From a virus (taxonomy: Duplodnaviria; Heunggongvirae; Uroviricota; Caudoviricetes), in IMG/VR virus record IMGVR_UViG_3300045988_138129, positions 1-25,037 of that record: a DNA stretch of 25,037 bases, one strand, 5' to 3'. A program made the translations under genes and the position numbers. Under the pieces are notes generated by a model. The model was not told the DNA's origin and searched no databases. It saw nothing but the letters and a program-made list of their open reading frames with translations. Positions 24,960-25,037 of this stretch are shown in pieces. Numbering within the stretch: position 1 is the stretch's first letter; every line of letters begins with the position of its first letter.

Positions 24960-25037
24960 ACACAGGCTAAGGAGGTGGTTCTTGGTACAGCTAGCATTTT
25001 ATGGGTTATGTTTTTCAGCGAAACGGATGATAACCTT

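Noticed and set aside
1-25037. Insertion sequences, transposase or integrase genes that might explain the cargo
   Set aside because: No ORF in any frame resembles a transposase or recombinase, and no terminal inverted repeats bracket a transposase-sized ORF. Cargo acquisition is instead discussed via the palindromic sites.

Overview
The window is almost entirely the late (morphogenetic and lysis) region of a P2-like (Peduovirus-type) prophage from an enterobacterium. From left to right it carries: a 5' fragment of the terminase ATPase gene P (minus strand), then on the plus strand O-N-M-L (capsid scaffold, major capsid, small terminase, head completion), X, the lysis cassette Y-K-lysA-lysB-lysC, tail completion R-S, baseplate V-W-J-I, tail fiber H and its chaperone G, then sheath FI, tube FII, E/E' (with a -1 frameshift site), tape measure T, U, D and the late activator ogr, followed by a terminator and a 27-nt sequence I recall as the P2 att core. 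Two visibly AT-rich accessory islands interrupt this conserved backbone at the two classic P2 cargo positions. (1) Between S and V there is a single 358-389 aa minus-strand gene encoding a two-TM membrane protein of unknown family. (2) Between G and FI there is a ~4.9 kb island carrying a full-length BetT-like BCCT transporter, a DUF2254-like four-TM membrane protein and a convergent HNH-nuclease-domain protein. This second island is partitioned by three related near-palindromic sites whose arm variants are reciprocal, as expected of hybrid attL/attR-type junctions. These two islands are the best candidates for undescribed anti-phage, exclusion or lysogenic-conversion functions. All identifications rest on reading the translated ORFs and the DNA directly; no database search was run.
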